Source of the DNA: a virus
Taxonomy: Duplodnaviria > Caudoviricetes
Virus record (IMG/VR): IMGVR_UViG_3300029267_004155
Direction: 5' to 3' (one strand)
DNA length: 64,000 nucleotides
The position numbers and the translations under genes are program-made. This document shows, one piece after another, positions 10,043-19,427 of this stretch. The number at the start of each line of letters is the position of its first letter. Within the stretch, counting starts at the first letter, position 1. The notes under the pieces were generated by a model. The model saw only the letters and a list, made by a program, of their open reading frames with translations, made no database searches and was not told where the DNA came from.

Positions 10043-11626
10043 ATGGCGGGATTCAACGACACGACAGACCTGGAGAGGTCCTACCTTTCCTCGGTGACGG
10101 CCAGCGTCGTCATGGCGCGGCTCTACGTCCGCAGAGCCACGGAGGGCCTGTTCTCCAGTCCGGAGCGCAAGTTCATCTACTCCAGGGCCAGGGAGGCCAT
10201 GACCGCCTCCAAGGCGAGGCTCACCAGGAAGCTCTTCGAATACGAGCTGGAGCGCCTGGTCGACAAGAAGGAGCATCCGCACTACCTGGCCGAGTGGGAG
10301 CTGGTCGCGGCGAATAAGTCGACCGACAGCCCGGACGCCATCATCAAGCTGCTGGACGAGGCGAGGATCGGCCGTCTCATCATGGACGAGGCGGAGAGGG
10401 TGGTCGAGACTCTTGAGGCCGGCAGGATAGTCGACGCCGCGGCGCTCTGGAAGAGGGCGGCCGTCAGCATGTCCGTCGAGCGCGACGCGAGTCCGGTGGT
10501 GGAGATCACCGACTACGAGGACAGGAAGAAGACCATTCGGGACAAGCAGGCCCACCCCGAGAAGTACCTCGGGATCAAGACGGGCTTTCCGAGGTTCGAC
10601 GGGATGACTGGCGGCCTCTTCCCGAAGGAGCTGACGCTGGTCGCGGGCCTGACTGGAAGCGGCAAGTCGACGTTCGTCAGGGCGATCCAGAGGGGCATCA
10701 TCCTCAACAACGAGGACAAGAACGTCCTGCATATTGCCAACGAGGAGAGCCTGGAGCAGGTCCAGCACAAGTTCGACGCGTCCCTGACCAATATCCCCTA
10801 CAACGACTTCAAGCGGGCCACCATCACCGATGCCGGCATCCAGGAGTGGACCGACTTCATGGATGTGGACATGCGGAAGCCCGGTATCGGGCGCATCTTC
10901 GTCCGGGAGGTTCCGGCCTTCACTGACGTGACGCTGGTGGAGGAGGCCATCCGCGAGTTGGAGGCCAAGGGGATCAAGATTCACGTCGTCGTGATTGACC
11001 ATCTTCCTCATGTGAAGCCGATACAGCAGGCGTGGGGGGAGAACGACGAGAAGGCGAAGGCGGCGGCGGACTGCAAGGAGATAGCCAGGTGGTGCGACTG
11101 CGCGGTGGTGGTGCCGACGCAGGCCGCGACGGAGGTGGACGCGAAGCAGGAGAAGGGCAAGAGGGCTGGCAACTTGGACGTTTACGGGTCCAAGGCCCAG
11201 ATACATGTCTCGAACACATTCATCATCATCACGATTAAGGGCAAGGACGAGACGCAGGACGACCGGGAGGAGTGGGAGCAGGACGTCTTCTGGATGGCGG
11301 ATGTCAAGAAGAACCGCGACGGGCCGAAGTTCTGGTTCAGGGTGCGCCACCAGGTCCTGGTCGGACGGGTGATCGAGGAGATCGACGCCCAGGCGGACGC
11401 CGCGGATGCCGCGACGCAGCCCGATCCTCCCGATCCTCAGCAGGCGTCTCCGGCCAGGAAGGCTCCGCCGACGTCGGCGCCTCAAGATCCTCCGGCCCGG
11501 GAAGCTCCCAAGGGGGTCCTGGAGAAGTTGAGGGAGAGGAAAAAGGCGAATGGTTCCGGAGAATCGGATGGTGCGGCGTATAATGCGGAAAGCCAGTGGG
11601 CAATAAACCATGGCAGCAGGAGGTAG
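10043..11626 (+). CDS. dnaB: DnaB-like replicative helicase
   Basis: GIKTGFPRFD, AGLTGSGKST, VVIDHL, PTQA, KKNRDG; Pro/Ala-rich C-terminal tail. Confidence 0.9.
   Translation: MAGFNDTTDLERSYLSSVTASVVMARLYVRRATEGLFSSPERKFIYSRAREAMTASKARLTRKLFEYELERLVDKKEHPHYLAEWELVAANKSTDSPDAIIKLLDEARIGRLIMDEAERVVETLEAGRIVDAAALWKRAAVSMSVERDASPVVEITDYEDRKKTIRDKQAHPEKYLGIKTGFPRFDGMTGGLFPKELTLVAGLTGSGKSTFVRAIQRGIILNNEDKNVLHIANEESLEQVQHKFDASLTNIPYNDFKRATITDAGIQEWTDFMDVDMRKPGIGRIFVREVPAFTDVTLVEEAIRELEAKGIKIHVVVIDHLPHVKPIQQAWGENDEKAKAAADCKEIARWCDCAVVVPTQAATEVDAKQEKGKRAGNLDVYGSKAQIHVSNTFIIITIKGKDETQDDREEWEQDVFWMADVKKNRDGPKFWFRVRHQVLVGRVIEEIDAQADAADAATQPDPPDPQQASPARKAPPTSAPQDPPAREAPKGVLEKLRERKKANGSGESDGAAYNAESQWAINHGSRR
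11575..11584 (+). promoter_or_regulatory. GGCGTATAAT promoter-like motif
   Basis: Recurrent motif within the dnaB 3' end, upstream of SD AGGAGG and ATG 11631. Confidence 0.55.
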
Positions 11627-11630
11627 CGAC

Positions 11631-12617
11631 ATGAGTGGCAACGGGTCAAGCGGGCATGCGATGATCGCCCACCAGGAGATCGGGGACCAGTTTTCGGGGC
11701 TTTACTACGTCGAGCAGTCGGCCATCAAGCTGACCGCGGGCGGCAAGGACTACACCGACATGCTTCTTCGGGACCGGTCGGGGAGCCGTCCGGTCAAGTT
11801 CTGGGGCAAGGTGGACGGGGTGGAGCGTGGCGGCTGGGTGTTTGCCGCGATCTTCGTCGAGGAGTACCATGGGAGGCCGTCCATGGTCGCGCGGAACCTG
11901 GAGCCGGAAAGCCCTCCGCAGGACATGGTGGACCATGTCCCTGTTTACGACCAGGAAGATGTTGGCGAGCTTGCCGACCGCTTCGACGTGGTGAAGGAGG
12001 CCATCGTCGGCTACGAGGGCGACGACAAGACGTGCTCCAGGATGGTGGAGGCGACCTACGACGGTTCGTTCTTTTCCCGTTTCGTCGAGGCTCCGGGTGG
12101 CGTGAGGCCGTATTACGGCTGCGTCGGCGGTCTTCTGGCGAGCGTGGTGCGGGTGGCTGAGACGGCGAGGGCCATGGCGGCCCTCTATCCGATGGGCGAC
12201 CGGGAGATGGCGGTGCTCCTGTCGGCGGCGCTGCTTCACCGGGCCGGGGCGCCGGACGCCTACGGCTTCATTGACTGCATCCCGGCCCAGACCGCCAGGG
12301 GCGTCCTGATCGGCGTCAAGGGGTTGACCTTGTGCCGTCTGACCATGGCGATGCGGAAGGCGATGGCTCCGAGGGAGAGCGACAAGGTGCCGGTCGCGTT
12401 CGCGGCAACGGCCATGAGGGTGCTGCACGCGATAATGTCCCATGACGCGGTCGGCGTGCTTCCGGCGACTCCGGAGGCGCTCGTGATGAACGCGGCGTGG
12501 AAGGCCGACGCCGAATGCGTTGAGGCCATGGACTTCATCGCCAACGACCAGAACGTGGATGACGAGTTCACGGCCTGGGACCCGAGCATGAGGCGGCGCT
12601 ACTACAGGGGCGGCTGA
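11631..12617 (+). CDS. YhaM/Cbf1-like OB-fold + HD-domain protein with degenerate catalytic residues
   Basis: OB fold (GKDYTDMLLRDRSG..KFW), GGLL and PATPEA motifs; metal-binding HH/H/HD positions read YY/S/HR. Confidence 0.75.
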   Translation: MSGNGSSGHAMIAHQEIGDQFSGLYYVEQSAIKLTAGGKDYTDMLLRDRSGSRPVKFWGKVDGVERGGWVFAAIFVEEYHGRPSMVARNLEPESPPQDMVDHVPVYDQEDVGELADRFDVVKEAIVGYEGDDKTCSRMVEATYDGSFFSRFVEAPGGVRPYYGCVGGLLASVVRVAETARAMAALYPMGDREMAVLLSAALLHRAGAPDAYGFIDCIPAQTARGVLIGVKGLTLCRLTMAMRKAMAPRESDKVPVAFAATAMRVLHAIMSHDAVGVLPATPEALVMNAAWKADAECVEAMDFIANDQNVDDEFTAWDPSMRRRYYRGG

Positions 12618-12621
12618 GGAC

Positions 12622-13704
12622 ATGGACGGCCCCAGTGTCAGGGAAAGGCTCAGATACAAGAACATCTCGTGGCTCATGCCGAGCGTGGACGTTCCGACGG
12701 TGCTGGACAAGCTCGGGATCGAGCACGAGGGGGTGAGGGGAGGTGAGATCAGGGGCTTTTGCCCCGACCACCACCTCTATACTGGCCGGCAGCCGTCGCA
12801 TCCGTACTGGACGGTCAACATCGAGACCGGTGAGACTTTCTGCTTCACGGAGGGCCGTGGAAGCAATCTCGTGTGGATCGTCAGGCGGCTTCTGGAGTGC
12901 CGGAGGGCTGACGACGCGGCCAAGTTCCTCGCGGGGTCGACAAGTGCCGCCATGGGCGACCTGGAGCTGGCGGGGCTCAGGAACCGTCTCCGGAAGATGA
13001 GGAGGCAGAAGGTCGACGAGGAAGGGCGCGAGGTCTCGGGCCTTGGGGAGATCGGGGCGGACCTGGCGGCCAGGCCGACGTCCGACAGGCTCTATGAGTT
13101 CTTCGTCAATCCGCCGGGAAGCAAGGGACCGACCAACATATCAAGGGAGACGGTCGACCGCTTCGAGGTGTTCGAGAGGAGCTGGGGCTACTACTGCGAC
13201 AGGGCGATCATCCCCTTCCGGCATGACGGCCAGCTGGTCGGCTTCTGCGCCGTCGACCTTCTCGGCGAGAGCGGGTGGACGGCGAAGCACCCCGCTGGAG
13301 GGGACTACCGGAAGACGCTCTACCCTCTCGGTTTCGGGGCGTCCGACTGCCTCTATGGATACGACGACTGCCGGCAGGGCGACAGGGTGATGCTGGTGGA
13401 GGACGCAAGGTCCAGGATGAAGCTGTGGCAGGAGGGATGGCCGTCCTGCTGCGCCCTCTTGGGGTCCTCGATCCACGGCCCTCAGATAAGGCTCCTGGCG
13501 ACGTTGGCGCCGGAGGAGGTCCTGCTCTTGATGGACGGTGACAGCGCCGGCAGGGAGGCCACCGACAAGATCGCTGCGAAGCTTGTTCGGAACTTCAAGG
13601 TCAGGCCGTGCTACGTGCCGGTCGGGAAGGACCCTAAGAACCTAGACTCCAGCGAGATACAGAAAGTTGTAAAAAAATCTCGTCGACTGGTGGCGAAAGC
13701 CTGA
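12622..13704 (+). CDS. dnaG: DNA primase (Zn-finger + TOPRIM)
   Basis: CPDH...FCF Zn finger, RAIIPF, LVED, MDGDSAG, KDP. Confidence 0.9.
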   Translation: MDGPSVRERLRYKNISWLMPSVDVPTVLDKLGIEHEGVRGGEIRGFCPDHHLYTGRQPSHPYWTVNIETGETFCFTEGRGSNLVWIVRRLLECRRADDAAKFLAGSTSAAMGDLELAGLRNRLRKMRRQKVDEEGREVSGLGEIGADLAARPTSDRLYEFFVNPPGSKGPTNISRETVDRFEVFERSWGYYCDRAIIPFRHDGQLVGFCAVDLLGESGWTAKHPAGGDYRKTLYPLGFGASDCLYGYDDCRQGDRVMLVEDARSRMKLWQEGWPSCCALLGSSIHGPQIRLLATLAPEEVLLLMDGDSAGREATDKIAAKLVRNFKVRPCYVPVGKDPKNLDSSEIQKVVKKSRRLVAKA

Positions 13705-13790
13705 CGGTGGTTGTAGATTGCATCATAGGCATTTTTTTATAAGCACAAGCAAGGCAAGCCGGGCAATCGGCATCGTGTGGAGGGTTTCTT

Positions 13791-14546
13791 ATGTCTGCGT
13801 CTGTCTGTCCAGACCGCATCGAGACCATCGAGATGGCACCCACCTTCAGGCGTTCCGGGAGTCCTTCGGCCGGGGCTCTGGTCGGGATGCCGGCTGAGCG
13901 GTCTCCGGTGATTGAGCGTATTCCGGTTACCCAGAAGTATCTTGCCGCTGTCATCAGCACCGGCTTCGAGGTTGACCATCCTGGTTGGGCTCGGGCGAGG
14001 CCGTATTTCGAGGAGAGCCTCCGCGACAGCGTGGCGGCGCTTGTTCATACCTTCGCTTCCAAGTATGCGACCTCTTGCGACGATGAGATTGAAGACTTGG
14101 AGCAGGAGTGCTTCCGGCGCATATTCATGAAGCTCCACCTCTACAAGCCCTTGAAGGGGGCGTTCACCACTTGGACCTCCCGCGTCTGTCATAGCGTGTT
14201 GAATGGGAAGTATCGGAAGAGCAAGAGGTGGAAGGGGCGAGTCGTGTTGTCCGAGCCGGCTATCATCGAGAGGGTTGTTGATGCGAGCGAGGAAGGGGAC
14301 CGATGCGACAGGTTCGACATGCGTGAGGCGCTGAGGGAGCTCTTCGGTCTCCATCCGGAGTTTCGGGGCTTCTTGACGGCTCTGTTCGACGGCGATCCCG
14401 AGGAGGACGACTACGAGCCGCCAGGGAAGATTAGTGTGATGGGGGCGTGCAGGATTTCCGGCGCGCCGTACGAGAGGGCGTACCCGTTCTACCTGAAGGT
14501 GGTGCGACCGTTTTTCAGGGAGCGTTTTGCTGGAGATGAGAGATGA
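13791..14546 (+). CDS. Phage sigma70-like factor (clear region 2, atypical region 4)
   Basis: EDLEQECFRRIFMKLHLYKPLKGAFTTWTSRVCHS matches the sigma region-2 pattern; SD GGAGG; AT-rich upstream gap. Confidence 0.7.
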   Translation: MSASVCPDRIETIEMAPTFRRSGSPSAGALVGMPAERSPVIERIPVTQKYLAAVISTGFEVDHPGWARARPYFEESLRDSVAALVHTFASKYATSCDDEIEDLEQECFRRIFMKLHLYKPLKGAFTTWTSRVCHSVLNGKYRKSKRWKGRVVLSEPAIIERVVDASEEGDRCDRFDMREALRELFGLHPEFRGFLTALFDGDPEEDDYEPPGKISVMGACRISGAPYERAYPFYLKVVRPFFRERFAGDER

Positions 14547-14974
14547 CAGCTGCCGATGTGATGATGGAGAAGAGGAAGGCGATAGGGGAGCTTTTGCCGA
14601 GTTCGTGTTTCGGCCACTACCTGGAAACCTCCAAGGCATGTTCGAACTGCCAGATCGCCAAGCACTGCGTCAAGACGACGGAAAGGGTCAGGAGCGGCAG
14701 CCCGCCGCCGGCCCCGGGGCATCCCGAGCCGAAGACGGTTCCGGCGCCCGACGCCAAGGAGTACCTGCTGACGACCCTCAGGGGCAAGTTTGACATGTCG
14801 GCCTCCAGGGAGGGCGACGTCCAGACTTGGAAGTTCCACAAGGATGGCAAGCCGGCCTTTTGGGTGATGGAGAAGGGTGGCAGGCTGGGCCTTCAGACGC
14901 GCAAGGGCAGGGAGGTGTTGGAGCTGCCGTCCTCGGTCGTCGAGGTCGAGGCGGCCTTGGAGAGGCTCCTGTGA
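14543..14974 (+). CDS. Hypothetical protein with an N-terminal CFG-x8-C-x2-C-x5-C motif
   Basis: CFGHYLETSKACSNCQIAKHC; ATGA overlap. Confidence 0.65.
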   Translation: MTAADVMMEKRKAIGELLPSSCFGHYLETSKACSNCQIAKHCVKTTERVRSGSPPPAPGHPEPKTVPAPDAKEYLLTTLRGKFDMSASREGDVQTWKFHKDGKPAFWVMEKGGRLGLQTRKGREVLELPSSVVEVEAALERLL

Positions 14975-15882
14975 GGACGACGGAGTACCCCTGGTACCTT
15001 CCGCCCTTCCCTGAGTTCAATGAGGCCCAGGCAGCGGCCGTTCCGTTCCTGGACGAGGACGTGAACATGGTCGTGGCCTTTCCCACCGCGACGGGCAAGT
15101 CGGTGCTGGCCGAGTGCGCCTTTGCCTATCACCTGTCAGTGGACGAGAAGGCCAGGGTGGCCTATGTCTGTCCATACAGGAGCCTGGGCGCCCGGATGTA
15201 TGCCGAGTGGGTCTCCAACGGGGCCTTCGTCGGCCACGGGGTGATGCTGAGCTCGGGGGACACGGTGCCGACGGCGCGGGAGTGGGAGAGGTGCAGGATG
15301 GCGGTCCTGACGGTCGAGTCGTTCGACTCCAAGGTCAGGTCGGCGTCGTACTCCGAGTGGGTGGAGAGCCTCGCATGCGTGGTTTTCGACGAGGCCCACC
15401 TTCTGGGCGAGAAGGTGAGAGGGGCGGCGCTTGAGGCTTCCCTCATGAGGTTCACCGCGGCCAACCAGTCGGCGCGCGTCGTCATGCTCTCCGCGACCAT
15501 GGCCAACGCGCTGGAGGTGGCCAGGTGGGTCAAGAGTCTCAACGGGAAGCCGACGAAGTGCGTTCGGAGCTCGTGGAGGCCGACGGGCATCGACATGAGG
15601 TTCCACGAGGCGGAGCGGGGGTCCGAGGCCGAGAGGGCCGTTGAGGTGGCCAGGGCCATGCGGGGAAAGACGATCGTGTTCGTCCACTCGAAGAGGGTGG
15701 GCAGGGAGGTGGCTGCGGGTCTAGTCGAGAGCGGGGTGCGCTGTGCCTTCCACAACGCGTCGGTGCCGAAGGGCCGGAGGGCCGCGATGGAGAAGGCTTT
15801 CGATGATCCCGCGTCCGGTCTCGACGTTCTGGTGTCGACGTCGACCCTGGGTGCGGGGGTGAATATAGGCAGCAGCGGTTGA
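14971..15882 (+). CDS. Ski2/Hel308-type SF2 helicase, N-terminal half (Q motif to motif V)
   Basis: FNEAQ, PTATGKS, DEAH, LSATM, IVFVHSK, FHNA, STSTLGAGVN then stop; GTG start overlapping the previous stop. Confidence 0.9.
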   Translation: MRTTEYPWYLPPFPEFNEAQAAAVPFLDEDVNMVVAFPTATGKSVLAECAFAYHLSVDEKARVAYVCPYRSLGARMYAEWVSNGAFVGHGVMLSSGDTVPTAREWERCRMAVLTVESFDSKVRSASYSEWVESLACVVFDEAHLLGEKVRGAALEASLMRFTAANQSARVVMLSATMANALEVARWVKSLNGKPTKCVRSSWRPTGIDMRFHEAERGSEAERAVEVARAMRGKTIVFVHSKRVGREVAAGLVESGVRCAFHNASVPKGRRAAMEKAFDDPASGLDVLVSTSTLGAGVNIGSSG

Positions 15883-15916
15883 TTTGTAATTGTCTACTGA
15901 ACGGGGAGTGCATCGG

Positions 15917-16501
15917 ATGAGAAGCGAGCAGGAGAGGCTGGACATCCTCAGATCGGCATGCCTGGAATGTCGGATGTGCAAGTCCATCGGTGGGGTTGTG
16001 ATCGACGGTTGCGTGTCCAACGTGTTTTCCAGCGGGGGCGTCCGTTGCGCTCTGGCGGTCGTCGGGCAGAACCCAGGCCGTGACGAGGTGGCCGCGGGCA
16101 TGCCGTTTGTCGGGGCCTCGGGGAGGTTCTTCGACGAGGCTCTGGCCGAGTGGGTTGGTCTGTCGAGGGATCAGGTCTACGCGACCAACGTGGTGCATTG
16201 CTACACGCCGGGCAACCGGGCTCCGACGTTGGAGGAGCTGGACAACTGCCGCCCCTTCCTGGAGGAGGAGATCGAGATCGTGCGGCCGAAAGTGGTGCTC
16301 GCCCTTGGGGCTTTCGCCTTCAAGATGCTGACCGGGATGAGCGGGATCATGAAGCACTGCGGGGACGTGGTCCATTCGATCCGGTACGGGGTCCAGGTGG
16401 TCGGCTGCCTGCATCCCAGCCCGTACAACACGAGCGACCCGGAGAAGCGGGAGATGTTCGCGCAGGCGATGAGGAGGCTCAGGGAGGTGCTCGATGCGTG
16501 A
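15917..16501 (+). CDS. Uracil-DNA glycosylase, family 4-like (Fe-S)
   Basis: CxxC, GQNPG..E...GMPFVGASG, TNVVHC.TPGNRAP, HPS; motif A reads GQNPG instead of the usual GE(A/G)PG. Confidence 0.9.
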   Translation: MRSEQERLDILRSACLECRMCKSIGGVVIDGCVSNVFSSGGVRCALAVVGQNPGRDEVAAGMPFVGASGRFFDEALAEWVGLSRDQVYATNVVHCYTPGNRAPTLEELDNCRPFLEEEIEIVRPKVVLALGAFAFKMLTGMSGIMKHCGDVVHSIRYGVQVVGCLHPSPYNTSDPEKREMFAQAMRRLREVLDA

Positions 16502-16525
16502 CTGGTGGCTCAGAGGTTTCCGGGC

Positions 16526-16535
16526 GGCGTATAGT
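16526..16535 (+). promoter_or_regulatory. GGCGTATAGT promoter-like motif upstream of the helicase C-half
   Basis: Recurrent motif in an intergenic gap. Confidence 0.55.
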
Positions 16536-16657
16536 TTGCAGATGAGAGCGTCTGGTGCTGGTTCGTAGCTTGGCTTGCCAGGTTTGTGGAGCGGGAGGCA
16601 TGAAGGCGGGGCCTTGTGGCAACATGACTAGCGACGAGTACGATAGGTGGTTCGGGG

Positions 16658-17665
16658 ATGGCTGACAACGTGGTCATAGTGGGAGTGAGACGGGGGCCGT
16701 CCCTGGTTCCGGTCGGCGAGCTGCGTCAGATGGCGGGGCGTGCCGGGCGCGTCCAGGGAGGCGCCGACGCCCGCATCGAGGTGGTGGTGTCCCCCGAGGA
16801 CGCCGACTACGCCGGAGAGGCGCTGTCTCCAGGAGGGGACCCGGTCGTGGGGTCGGCCATGGGGGACGAGGACGTCATGGCTTTCCACTTGCTCCCCGAG
16901 ATATGCGCTGGAAGGGTCCGTGGGGGTCGCACGGCGGCCTTGTGGCACTCGCGCGGCTTCCATGCGGCGCTGGGGTTGCCGTCGCCGGTCGACGGCGCAA
17001 TGGGGCTTCTGAGGGACTGTGGGGCGATCGAGGAGTCGACGGGGAGGGTCGTGGCTACGTCGCTTGGAAGAGTGGCGTCGCTGATGTACTTCCATCCGGT
17101 GGACGTGGCGGCGTGGGCGTCCAACTTCGACGAGGTGTTCAGGCTCGGGGCCGAGGACGACGACCTGGCTGCGGCGTGGGCTCTCGGGAGCGTCCCGTCT
17201 TCGAGGAGGTCGGGCGATCTGTCCGGGAGGTTCTGGGTGGCCGGGAAGTTCAAGGACGAGCTTCCGTCAGGTCTGGAGCCAGTGGCCGGGTCGATCGTGA
17301 ACTGCGTCCTGTGGTGGTCTCTGGTAGGGGGGCCGTCCGTCGGCCCGCTGAGGGGGCTGTCCCTCCAGCTCCGCGAAGACAGGCAGAGGGTGTTCGGCGC
17401 GCTGAGGAGGCTTGACAGGGAGGTGGGCCGGTGGGGCAGGTCGGACTACTTCGACCGTCTGGAGTTCCAGGTGGAGAAGTCGATCCCGGTTGAGCTCGTG
17501 CCCCTATGCCGGCTGCCCGGCGTCGGGAAGGGCATGGCCATCAGGTTGTACGAGATGGGGGTCGAGGGTCCGGAGGCGGTTCTGGCGGAGGCCGGCGTGG
17601 AGGGTCCGAGGAGCGACGAGGAGACGGGCATGATTGCCAGGGGGCTGGCTGATGGTCTCTGCTGA
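16658..17665 (+). CDS. Ski2/Hel308-type helicase, C-terminal half (motif VI, winged helix, ratchet, HhH)
   Basis: Starts ADNVVIVG, then QMAGRAGR, ATSLGRVASLMYFHP, LCRLPGVGKGMAIRLYEMG. Confidence 0.88.
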   Translation: MADNVVIVGVRRGPSLVPVGELRQMAGRAGRVQGGADARIEVVVSPEDADYAGEALSPGGDPVVGSAMGDEDVMAFHLLPEICAGRVRGGRTAALWHSRGFHAALGLPSPVDGAMGLLRDCGAIEESTGRVVATSLGRVASLMYFHPVDVAAWASNFDEVFRLGAEDDDLAAAWALGSVPSSRRSGDLSGRFWVAGKFKDELPSGLEPVAGSIVNCVLWWSLVGGPSVGPLRGLSLQLREDRQRVFGALRRLDREVGRWGRSDYFDRLEFQVEKSIPVELVPLCRLPGVGKGMAIRLYEMGVEGPEAVLAEAGVEGPRSDEETGMIARGLADGLC

Positions 17666-18107
17666 CAGGGCGGTCAAGGCTTTGAGCCGATGCTTCCGGA
17701 GCGGGAGCACGAACCGGATCATGGTTGAGAGGCTGCTTCGGGTGAGGGGCGGCGTGGACGTCTCTAGCCTGGAGGGGTTCGTTGGCGGCGACAACTCGGC
17801 GTGGGTCAGGGCGGACGCGTCGAGGGTGGTGGCGTCCAAGGGGCGTTCGGAAGTGGTGGTGGATGCGGCCAGGGAGGAGTTGGAGCCCAGCGTGCTTCGG
17901 GAGATGTTGGGGGCGCTGGGCGCCCGTGGAGAGGGGCCTCTGGAGGAGCTGGCGTTCTTGCTGTGCGACGAGGAGAGGCCGGGCGTGAAGCAGATGGCGA
18001 TAAGGATGTTCAAGGAGGCTGGAAGGAGCGACTGCATGATGCCGCTCCTGCTTTCCAGTTCCAAGGATGAGGTGGCGATGGCCAAGCGGTGCATCAATGG
18101 ACGATGA
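17652..18107 (+). CDS. Hypothetical all-helical (HEAT-like) protein
   Basis: Coupled ORF with a helical repeat pattern. Confidence 0.5.
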   Translation: MVSADRAVKALSRCFRSGSTNRIMVERLLRVRGGVDVSSLEGFVGGDNSAWVRADASRVVASKGRSEVVVDAAREELEPSVLREMLGALGARGEGPLEELAFLLCDEERPGVKQMAIRMFKEAGRSDCMMPLLLSSSKDEVAMAKRCINGR

Positions 18108-18771
18108 GATCAAGAGGACGCCCATACCCGAGAGCAGCGTCGAGCGGTTCATGGTGATAGTTTTCTCGATGGTGGAGGATTTCGGCATCGACGAGCTGCC
18201 GGAGGTCTACAGGCAGGTTGAGATGCTGGGGGAGGCGGTCGACCGCCATATCTGGGAGCAGCGCCACAAGGTCTCGCCCCAGAGGCGCGTCCACAATGAC
18301 AGGAAGCGGTTCATCTCGATCTTCAAGGCGCGGTACCTCCAGCTCATGGACCTGGAGTACAGGCGCAAGATAACGCCGGTCGACTCCAAGTTGATGAACC
18401 AGGCCAACAGGACGCTTCGGGACGAGGGGCACGACGCGGAGTCGTACCTCCGCTGGCTGTTCGAGGAGTACCTGGTTGACAATCCGAAGTTCTGCCCTCC
18501 GTCGCTCAAGCAGGTGTGCAGCAATTTCTTCTTGCACAAATTCATCTTCGAGAGCCGTCAGATGGGGTCCGTGCAGGCCGAGCAGGACGCACAGGAGAAG
18601 GAGGCGCACGACGTTGTTTCCAGGGGGCGCGTGCTGCTTCGGTCGGGAATAGGAAAAGAGGACAGCGAAAAGGTCCGGAAGGCTCTCAAGGACTACTCCG
18701 AAGGACGTATAATATTGCATGAGCTGAGAAGGCTCGTGGAGGCAGTCGGAGAGACGAACTTGGCAGATTGA
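18097..18771 (+). CDS. Hypothetical protein
   Basis: Typical codon usage; overlaps the previous stop. Confidence 0.65.
   Translation: MDDEIKRTPIPESSVERFMVIVFSMVEDFGIDELPEVYRQVEMLGEAVDRHIWEQRHKVSPQRRVHNDRKRFISIFKARYLQLMDLEYRRKITPVDSKLMNQANRTLRDEGHDAESYLRWLFEEYLVDNPKFCPPSLKQVCSNFFLHKFIFESRQMGSVQAEQDAQEKEAHDVVSRGRVLLRSGIGKEDSEKVRKALKDYSEGRIILHELRRLVEAVGETNLAD
18704..18713 (+). promoter_or_regulatory. GACGTATAAT promoter-like motif upstream of the uvsY-like/ssb/recA cluster
   Basis: Recurrent motif within an AT-rich gene end. Confidence 0.5.
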
Positions 18772-18787
18772 GGTAGGAGGATCGGAA

Positions 18788-19402
18788 ATGGGCGTGGTGG
18801 AGAACATCATAGCGACGTGCGAGAACCTTGGTTCGATAGAGCTGAACGGCATCAGGCTGGATACGGCGGACCCTCGTCTCCTGGATGTTACCGAGATGGA
18901 CCTGGACCGGCACGTGGCGATGCAGCCGGCGGCGATAGCCTACTTCGGGACGCTCCGGAAGGACGCCGCGAGGGCCGTGGCCAACTGCAAGAAGGCCTAT
19001 GACCGCTGGAGGAGGCCGAGGTACGTCGTCGCGAGGGCGGTGGTCGACTCCAGGTCGTCCGCCAAGTCGACGGTGAAGGTCGAGGAGGTCAAGGCCCAGC
19101 TGGAGATCGACAACGAGGCGGAGGTCGTGAAGTGGGAGGAGCGCCTGGACAGGCTCCAGCGTGAGATGGACACCCTCGACAACTGGTATGAGGCTTGGAG
19201 GCAGAAGTCGTTCACGATCCGCGAGCACGCTCAGATTGAGGAGGACGGCCTGTACAATTCGAATCCCAGCATGGGGAGTGGATACGACAAGGGTGCCGGC
19301 AGGTCCAGGGTCTCGACGCCGCAGGCGCCGGTCTCCAGGGCCGAGCGGGTGCGTGAGATGATAGGCAAGAGGCGGCAGGGTGCCGCCGAAACGGGCCAGT
19401 AA
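18788..19402 (+). CDS. UvsY-like recombination mediator
   Basis: QPAAIAYFG, long helices, EAWRQKSFTIR; adjacent to SSB and RecA. Confidence 0.65.
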   Translation: MGVVENIIATCENLGSIELNGIRLDTADPRLLDVTEMDLDRHVAMQPAAIAYFGTLRKDAARAVANCKKAYDRWRRPRYVVARAVVDSRSSAKSTVKVEEVKAQLEIDNEAEVVKWEERLDRLQREMDTLDNWYEAWRQKSFTIREHAQIEEDGLYNSNPSMGSGYDKGAGRSRVSTPQAPVSRAERVREMIGKRRQGAAETGQ

Positions 19403-19427
19403 AGGCAGAAAGGCAAAGGAGGCGGTG

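Noticed and set aside
15870-16660. Split intein or group I intron explaining the split helicase
   Set aside because: No Cys/Ser-start Hint block or His-Asn end on either half; I could not identify intron core elements, and the gap is mostly a UDG gene. RT-PCR would be needed to exclude splicing fully
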